Part shown: positions 1 to 7,489 of the stretch, piece by piece | How the letters are laid out: each line of letters begins with the position of its first letter | How positions within the stretch are numbered: the stretch's first letter is position 1 | DNA from: Trichoplax adhaerens | Lineage: Eukaryota; Animalia; Placozoa | Direction: 5' to 3' | Length of the DNA stretch: 7,489 nucleotides | Assembly: GCF_000150275.1 (NCBI RefSeq) | Contig: NW_002061017.1 | Span: forward strand, 16,971-24,459 | Position numbers and translations under genes: made by a program | Notes under the pieces: generated by a model | Database searches by the model: none | What the model saw: the letters and a program-made list of their open reading frames with translations, nothing else | Told to the model about the DNA's origin: nothing

Positions 1-484
1 GGAATAGCAGTCAATTCATATGCTATTTTAACTTAACGTAACTTATTTTTAGAACTTAATGATTTAGGCAATCTTCTAATTACTGTAGTAATTACGTAAT
101 TCATATTTATATACGTTAGAGACTATACAGTAACTGATGCCTGACTTTGCTAATTTTGAGTTATAGATCTATAATTTTGAATCAGTAAGAAATATTTTTG
201 TGAAACCGAAAGAAATTTGTTCTACCTTAATCTAAATTATGTGCTGCAATGATCTATAATTAATACAGCATGCTTGAACTAAGCAGCGTCTACGTCATGT
301 TCTTTTAGCAATTTTTAATTCAAAGAAAATGAATTAAAGGTCTATTCCATCAGATTTCTTTATTTTCAGATTCTATTTCCTAGAGCTAGGCAATCATATC
401 GGTCTGTTTGTACTATTAATTTATCCTGTACACTGTACCGTGTACAGTAAGTAACCACTGATTTTTATAAGTACCAGGTATAAA

Positions 485-490
485 TTTATT
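485..490 (-). promoter_or_regulatory. Candidate polyadenylation signal (AATAAA) for the intact GPCR
   Basis: TTTATT on + at 485-490 is AATAAA on minus, about 340 nt downstream of the stop; another lies at 359-364. The hexamer is common in AT-rich DNA, so support is weak. Confidence 0.25.
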
Positions 491-831
491 CTGTGGATTA
501 ATTAAACTTTACGTTCAGATATTGTATTCTCTAAATTTCGTAATTCGTTAACGTAAAACAATCTCTAAATTTTAAACATGCTTATGCAAGATTACTAGAA
601 ATAAAATCAAAGTCTTTAAGCTAATAAATATTAATAGGATCAAACAAGTTTAGGCTATTCTAAAATTAACAATATTCATGTATACTCGTTTTATGTATTT
701 AACAAGTACAAATTCACATTCATTTCCTCGAATAAGAAATTTATCACAAAGTTTAAAGAAAGTCTATTTCCCAAATTTTTAATTTTACGATAAAATAACA
801 CATCATATTATCTTTATCTCTGATAATCTTA

Positions 832-1779
832 TCAGCCTTGATTTGTAAATTTACGTAGACATTGCACCCAAACATTGTAAATGCTAGATCTGACATTTAT
901 ATCAAATATCAAGAACAGAAATGGATTAATAACATATACTGTGTTCGAAGCTATGAAAGTAGATGCAACAACATACCCTAAATCAGGATTACGTGCAACT
1001 AGATTAGTTTGAGTTTCGTTAGCGAAAGATAATATCATTAAAGATGTAAAAAATGGCCATGAAAGTAACATATATAAAGCCGTAGCTGCACCTAGAACTT
1101 TAAAAATACTTTTAGAACGTTTCCATGATGCTTTACTTAGTTCGGTATTATTTATTAGCGGAAAAGTTCGAGCTCTTATTATAAACGCTATTCGAGTATA
1201 ATTTACAATCATAATTATTCCTGGGATAATAGTACCAATTACGAATGTACTTGTAAAGAAAATACTATTAAAAATATTTCCATACGGATAATATATGTCA
1301 CAGTTGTCATTAATTGGTGAGAAGTGCAGAACTAACGAAATGGGAAATACAAGCAATAAACCCACAATCCATACTGTTATAGCAAATTTACCGCTATGCT
1401 TATAAATCGTCGATGTATGCTTGAATCGATGAGGATCACTCACAATTTTCAATCTATATAAGCTTATTAACGTTAAACTTAATGTTGAAGCAAAATAGGA
1501 TATACCAAAAATAGTGCAAAATACTTTACAAATGATGTTACCAGCATTTAGGAGCTGTAGAGACTTCCTATTAGAAAACGAGAATACTATCAACACTTGA
1601 ATTGCGGTGATAAGATCCGAGACGGAAATATTAAGGACAAAAATATACGATGGATCTTTTAATCTATTAGAGAAAATAATAATACTTAGTAGAGCCAAAT
1701 TACCAACTATACCTAGAATAGAAACCGACTGCATCGGGATATTCATATCAATAATATCAGTATTATTATTCATGTCCAT
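832..1779 (-). CDS. Orphan class A (rhodopsin-like) 7TM G-protein-coupled receptor, single coding exon, 315 aa
   Basis: Seven hydrophobic segments with class A landmarks at the expected spacing: N-terminal sequon N5-N-T; TM1 GIVGN (N27=1.50); TM2 NISVSD (D55=2.50); C84 (3.25) exactly 25 residues before R109 (3.50, SLYRL); W137 (4.50) and P146; ECL2 C160 as disulfide partner; P186 (5.50) and Y194 (5.58); TM6 SWP (P242); TM7 NPFLF (P286=7.50); C307 after helix 8. ATG in strong Kozak context (AGCATGG); TGA stop followed directly by TAA. Confidence 0.93.
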   Translation of the reverse strand: MDMNNNTDIIDMNIPMQSVSILGIVGNLALLSIIIFSNRLKDPSYIFVLNISVSDLITAIQVLIVFSFSNRKSLQLLNAGNIICKVFCTIFGISYFASTLSLTLISLYRLKIVSDPHRFKHTSTIYKHSGKFAITVWIVGLLLVFPISLVLHFSPINDNCDIYYPYGNIFNSIFFTSTFVIGTIIPGIIMIVNYTRIAFIIRARTFPLINNTELSKASWKRSKSIFKVLGAATALYMLLSWPFFTSLMILSFANETQTNLVARNPDLGYVVASTFIASNTVYVINPFLFLIFDINVRSSIYNVWVQCLRKFTNQG

Positions 1780-1877
1780 GCTGCTAGGTTGTAGAAGTGA
1801 TTTGGCAAAAGATGCAGTTCTACTATATAGCGATTGATCACATCAAAACAGTTTAATTAGAGCTATTTTTATTTAAG

Positions 1878-1908
1878 TAAAGACAATTACCTTTCAGTAT
1901 TGTCTTTA
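1878..1908. repeat. Perfect 10-bp inverted repeat with 11-nt spacer, about 100 bp upstream of the GPCR start codon
   Basis: TAAAGACAAT (1878-1887) and ATTGTCTTTA (1899-1908) are exact reverse complements. Function unknown. Confidence 0.5.
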
Positions 1909-3724
1909 AATCGTCAATTTGTTTTTCTTTAACATCTGTAATATCTAAAATATTTCAGTGACTTTTATCAAATCCTGTAGCTATCAAAATTACTCAGTAC
2001 ATATCCTCATTATAGTTATTGTTTAAAAGCCAATTGCAGGAATACACCCGTATTTGATTGTATTGATAGATAAATTTGATATACGAGTAGCTAAGCTTCT
2101 AAAAATAGATAATTATCATGATGTAATATTAGATGATCGTTAGTTACAATATTAGAAATTGTTGATTACTAATGTCTATTAGCAAGCTTGCTAAATATGG
2201 TAGATAAATCTATGCAACTTGATGTACTGTAATCATAAAGATGCCTAGCACCATACAGTGTTGGATATTAATATGAGAGTTATGATATTTTAAGCAGTCT
2301 TCTATTTGATCATACAAGTCTGACTGTAGGCAGTAGAGTAAATAGATTAAATGAAATGAATTTAAGAACTGCAGAGATGAGTTTGGAGTACACTAGACTT
2401 TACTTCTTTTAGCTCAAGATACTATAGTCTAGATTCATGTCACTAATTGATTAATTATTGCTCTACTATCATTAAGCTTTGTAATAAAAGTCGTTTTTAT
2501 AAATTCTATATAGACAAAGACAATTTTTTGGTAAAATAATTTTATAAAACCGATTTGAATGCGAAATTCGTGTATTTAAATTTGTTACTCTGTTAAAGTA
2601 AGAGATTGTACAATATATAGAATTTGGTATCGTACTAGCAGTACTACGTAGTAATATCTTGTACGAGAATTTTCAGAAATCCAATTCTTTTGGTTTGCTA
2701 CTATTTATCATTATCTAGGAAAATTTATTTAGGATAATTCAGTGTCCATATACAGAAAATTGCAATATTTGGCCATTTTCTTTATTTAACAAACTTGGAA
2801 GTCATTTGAATTAGAATACAATGTCATAAATTACTTTAATTGCCTAGACTTGCTGAATAAGAATTCATAAATACACTACTGAAATTTGATATTGAAAATA
2901 AAGCCAAGGTAAAAACTACTTATTCTCCATCAAGATTCCGTTGTAATCTTCAGGTATGTTATTAGAATAGGTAAAGTCCATTATGATTGTCTAATAACTA
3001 TAGCTTTCTAAGCGATTAGTCAGTTTTGAAACGCTTTTACTAGTTCCACCCTACAAAACCTTATTGAGATTTATCTACACGGCGTAAGACTATTCAATTT
3101 AATACTATTCATTCCGCTAATAGGTATCAACGAGTAAGTTTCGATTAGAGAAATATTTTAGTATGTAGACATGTTAACGTAAATACTTTCACTAGCAGAA
3201 TTCAAAACCTGAGCCTTAGGGCTATTTATTATAATACTCGTATTAGGTGATCAACAAAAGTTATAAGGTACTGCAATTACTGACTAATTCGAAATGCAAT
3301 AATGATGGTTGCATTATCACACCTAAATGAAGAATAAAGAGTCAATACTGTTCAACTAATATACTTTTATATCATAAGATCTACAGTAGTAAACACCAGA
3401 GTGTTAATAATCTCCGCTGGCACAATAGCAGAAATAGATTTTCGGACAAGGTCGTGAGATATACCATCCGGAGCTCCTAGAAACTTTCTTCTCCAAGTTT
3501 TATAGTATAAAAGTATATAAAAGCGAAATTTGATCTACTGTCCAAATATAAGAAAGTACTGGCCATTAAATTTAATAACTTTAAAATTACTAGCAAGACA
3601 AACAGAATTTTATACTGCACTACAGGAAATAAACGTGATACTGTAACTTAAATGGAGCATTTATGTCAACCGTTTGAGTACCATAAGTAATACTGACCCT
3701 GCAGTGTACCCCAATAAGTAATAT

Positions 3725-4678
3725 TCAATTATTCCTTAATGAGCACCAGAATTTGCGACTGAAGTACACGCGTATATTAGATTGAATGCTTTTATTAAGA
3801 ACTAAAAAATTAATTGGTTAATTAGACAGGTTAAATAACTAATTATAAATGAGTATTGAAATATACAGTACAAATTTCCCTTATCTTTATAAATATCAGT
3901 TAGGGTTTAGTGAGATATAGCTAAAGCGGTAACACTTACTAATGTTGGCCACGGTGCTGGTATATACGGAGATATAGCTAAAACAAGCCCCTTAATAATA
4001 CGTTTGGATCGCCTTCTTAGAGTTGTATTGTTTTGGCAGTAAGAGTTGGCTGTAACTTGAGAACATCGCTGCATTGCGACTATAAAGCAGCATGCCATCA
4101 AAATTACTAAAAAAACAATATAACACAAACCTATTTAAATAATAACATAAACGATATTGAAGATGTGCTCATATCGATATGATGGTTCACAAGTATCTGC
4201 AAATCTCGTGTAATCCGTTATAAAATAGGTAGGAACTGCAAAATTGAATGCTAATCAACCAAACGGAGAGAATAGTTGAGAGTAAGTACTTGCAAATGGG
4301 TGATTTTTGTTTAAATCTAACAGAATTACATACTGTTTGATATCGAATTGTACTAAGTAGAGATACGCTGAAGGCTGATACAGTGTAAGAAACATTATAT
4401 ATAAAATATAAAATTTTATATAAATTAGTGCCGTAAAGGTAAAAAATCTCAGGGCTAATAGCGGAAACGAAGAAGAGGATAAATATTTGTACTGAAGTCA
4501 TAAGATCTGATACGACTAAGTTGCTGATGAATCCATAAAATGGATCTTTTAATTTCTTTTAATTAAGAATAAGGGTTAACAACATACAATTACAAAATAT
4601 ACCAAGAAGTGAAATAGAAGTCAAAGTTAAGTAGGCAATTCATTGATCTGAGGAAGTGTTTGTGATATTTGGAGCCAT
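3725..4678 (-). pseudogene. Full-length class A GPCR pseudogene, tandem paralog of 832-1779
   Basis: Hand translation from ATG 4678: MAPNITNTSSDQ*IAYLTLTSISLLGIFCNCMLLTLILN*KKLKDPFYGFISNLVVSDLMTSVQ...STIRYQTVCNSVRFKQKSPICKY...VWLISIQF/[+1]AVPTYFITDYTRFADTCEPSYRYEHIFNIVYVII*IGLCYIV...RRSKRIIKGLVLAISPYIPAPWPTLVSVTALAISH*TLTDIYKDKGNLYCIFQYSFIISYLTCLINQLIF/[-1]LVLNKSIQSNIRVYFSRKFWCSLRNN* (stop 3725-3727). It aligns almost without gaps to the intact receptor. Premature stops at 4640-4642, 4559-4561, 4135-4137 and 3907-3909; frameshifts near 4240-4243 and 3804-3809. Includes track ORFs 4187..4501 and 3907..4128. Confidence 0.9.
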
Positions 4679-6986
4679 AACTTATTAGAACAGTAGCAGA
4701 TACTATAACGTTACACTCTAGCTTGATTATTAAAAAAATGAAATAATTTAAATAATTGTCGTCGTACACGTAGACCTCAATTTTGTTAAATAAAAAGATC
4801 GAAATTAACTGTAATCGGTCCGTGCAAATTAAATTTTAATAAGGTTCACTAAGACTATTTTTAGTAATTACTTAAATATATACATTGCTTCATAACTTGA
4901 ATAAGCAATTCAACAGTAGTATATAATGGTTCTACTAGTATGAATAAAAAATGTATGACGATTAATTAAAATGAAGATTATTTATTTTAATTAAAGCTGA
5001 TACTCAAAGTTTTAAGCGGTATTAAACGGAAGCTGAGAAATTGCTACTGTGAAATAACAGATGAATTCACATATTTTCTATTAAGATATTTAGATAATAT
5101 GGATTAATATTGTTTACTTACTTTAGAATAGATACTCTAGATGCTATTTTAATGAAGTAATGTAGACATGGTAGCTAATATTTCAATTATATGAAGAGTT
5201 TCTAATGTAGATATGTGATATTTAAATATAGCACTAGCTTTTATAGTGATATATACCGCCTACTGAAATTAGTAATTTGATTAGGGAATCGAGAAGAATC
5301 TTCTTACAATTCAAATCACTGTGATTGTAATTTACTTATGCTAGATTGTAGATTATCGTAGAAATGTTCCGTGATAGGACATATTGTAATCTGATAATTT
5401 TGTATTAGTCATTCGATTTCTATGTTCGTAAATACTGTTGTCTTCATTAGGTAGCAGTAGATAAAATTAGCTTTTGATTCATTATCAGGTTTCAACGTTA
5501 GTATTACTAACTAGGATATCTTTGCTATTGTAAAACAGTATATAAATGCGATAAGTCGTATAATAAAGTAAGTTCTTATGATTCGTGTTTAACGTAAGAT
5601 ACGAGGCGTATAAGTCTTTTTGTAGTCTATTAGTATAGGAAAAGTGTCCTTGAAAGAGTAGATACTGTTCCCTGATACGTGGTTCAGGGAATCGAATGAT
5701 TGATCGTGCATTACGTTATCTTATTGCAAAGCTGTTTTGGAACAATTAATTTTTTCTCCTTACCTGGAGAGAGCCTTTTAGGGTTGATACTTAATTCCTT
5801 CCCAAACTAGGTTTTCATAGTCATTTATTAGTAAAGTTTGTAAGCTTTAATATCTACGCTAAGTAAATGCCATAAAAATAAACTATACTGAGATTACTAA
5901 AATTATTAATACTTGCGGCAACATTAAATGCGATCAATGCTCGTAGACAGGTAACAGAAATAGGATTTTCATCGAAAAAAATTTACTAAAGCTGCTAGTG
6001 ATAAAATTAATATGGCTATTTATTAACTAAACGTTCATTTTGGATATCATTCGAAATATACAAGTTTCGAGGTTTAACATCAATACTTTTCTAATAGTTC
6101 TCAATTATGAAAAACATATATTTAACAATTTAATCAAAACTGGATTATAAGCAAGCCTTTACCTTAATGTCTAATTACATCACTAGATTAAATGAATGGG
6201 TTTCAGAATAGAATATGAGAAATTATCATACTCTGATAGTCTATCATTTTGGCACTAATAAATTCTACGACGGAAGCACTATAAGGCTAGTCGGATATAT
6301 TAATCGCTACCTTGACTTGTCAAACGCGTCATATTAGTGTATATTCACTTTGTAGTGTATATGATTTTATGTTACCAATAAATATATTAGTAGTTAAAAC
6401 TGTATCCGTTAAAGTAATAACACATTTTCATTACCGTAAAATTTAGCATCTTAAAGCTAATTAAATAATGGCTATATATAACATCAGTAAAGTTATATCT
6501 TCATAATCTTTTCAAAGAAATATCCCGCACGATATTTACAAATGCAGATATACCTTATTGCATTTGATATGATATACTGAATAGATCAAGCAGTGAAGTG
6601 TAAGTTATACACCAGGTATGCTGTAACTTTGCACTATTCTATCTTTGCAACTAGTACAAGTCATACTACACGTGGTCAATTCCAAGTTATGTGCAGAATA
6701 CAGCCTTTATAATATAGAAAATTGATTAACTTTTAGAGATTAAACGTTCTACTTCTCGTCGTATTCAATAACACAGAAATATAACTTCTATTTTATTTTA
6801 TGATCAAAATTAGCTGTCAGTTTTATTATGTGAAAGCATAAATGCTATTCTAACTAAACTAATACCGCAAAGTACCACATAAGCGTTCCCTTTCATGATC
6901 TTACAGATGAATTTCCTGGGGGGCCCTTACCAGGTACTTGTGAATTTTAGTAAACGGTAAGCGCCCCTCCCTTCCAAGGAACGGGT

Positions 6987-7134
6987 TTAAGTGGTCAAAC
7001 AATCAAGTCATAAATTAATCAAGTTATCAATCAATCAATCGAGTGATCAAACAGTCAAGTGTTCCATCAGTCAAGTGATTGATCAATCAAGCGATCAAAC
7101 ATTCAAGTGATCAATCAATCAAGAGATTTAATCC
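6987..7134. repeat. Degenerate 16-bp minisatellite, about 9 copies, consensus TCAAGTGATCAAWCAA
   Basis: Units start at 6987 ttaagtggtcaaacaa, 7003 tcaagtcataaattaa, 7019 tcaagttatcaatcaatcaa (one extra TCAA), 7039 tcgagtgatcaaacag, 7055 tcaagtgttccatcag, 7071 tcaagtgattgatcaa, 7087 tcaagcgatcaaacat, 7103 tcaagtgatcaatcaa, 7119 tcaagagatttaatcc (degenerate). Confidence 0.85.
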
Positions 7135-7489
7135 ATAAATGCAATCGGGCCAGTTTGACTTGGTATGAAACGACGTTTACAAATTTTATTTCTTTTAATG
7201 TAGTACCATGCTATGAAACTGCGTACAGCGCGTTTGGGTATTACGTTACCAAACCATTACACATTAAGTAACGATGTGTGTCACGGTACGCCGTTACTAA
7301 TTAAGTAACTGTAAATTAATGAATGCTTATGAATAGATAAGATAAGGTAATGTGCTATGTTTTAATGCGCTTGTAGCTGATAATAGGATGGTAGAAATGA
7401 GATAAAAATAGAAGTTGTTAGCAGTTGGTTTACTTTAGGTTTATAAGGTATGTTAATCTCTAAAAATTGAGCTGTATATGGATGAAGGT

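Noticed and set aside
426-447. CTGTACAC/GTGTACAG 8-bp hairpin with three TGTAC copies downstream of the GPCR
   Set aside because: Short and isolated. Bacterial-type terminators are irrelevant here and no Helitron-type end was evident.
832-1779. Assignment to a named receptor family (opsin, neuropeptide or amine receptor)
   Set aside because: No TM7 Schiff-base Lys and no TM3 Asp3.32; too divergent to name without a database search.
1607-1837. 76-aa plus-strand ORF
   Set aside because: Antisense shadow of the GPCR 5' end, with no recognisable motif or independent support.
2179-2194. Perfect 16-bp palindrome TTAGCAAGCTTGCTAA
   Set aside because: One such palindrome is not unexpected in 7.5 kb of AT-rich DNA, and there is no supporting context.
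2881-2959. Short plus-strand open stretch ending in a CAG|GTATGT donor-like site
   Set aside because: No recognisable protein similarity, convincing acceptor or partner exons.
3907-4501. ORFs 4187..4501 and 3907..4128 as independent small membrane proteins
   Set aside because: They are TM2-TM4 and TM5-TM6 fragments of one disrupted GPCR. Homology continues beyond both ends, and the second begins at a TTG.
3725-4678. Alternative genetic code, readthrough or programmed frameshifting rescuing the second GPCR
   Set aside because: Lesions include both TAA and TGA, two opposite frameshifts and loss of conserved Cys/Pro residues, and the neighbouring gene uses the standard code. Ordinary decay is simpler.
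6987-7134. CRISPR array, telomeric repeat or coding repeat
   Set aside because: Units are contiguous with no unique spacers, no cas genes are present and the repeat is not TTAGGG-like. The plus frame I checked is open for only about 40 codons with no ATG.

Overview
AT-rich eukaryotic (animal-type) genomic DNA; nothing prokaryotic, viral or CRISPR-like is visible. The window holds two tandem, same-strand (minus) class A (rhodopsin-like) 7TM GPCR loci with no coding introns. The first is intact (832-1779, 315 aa). The second is a full-length disabled paralog (3725-4678) that the ORF track shows only as two fragments; by hand it reconstructs end to end with 4 in-frame stops and 2 single-base frameshifts. 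Both have non-canonical class A switch motifs. Near the right end is a degenerate 16-bp minisatellite (6987-7134) with a hint of 48-bp higher-order structure, beside a GC-richer patch with nested inverted repeats. The rest looks intergenic. The style (low GC, clustered divergent intronless GPCRs) resembles early-branching animals such as placozoans, but that is inference only. I see no convincing new biological system beyond a divergent orphan GPCR cluster apparently undergoing birth-and-death evolution.
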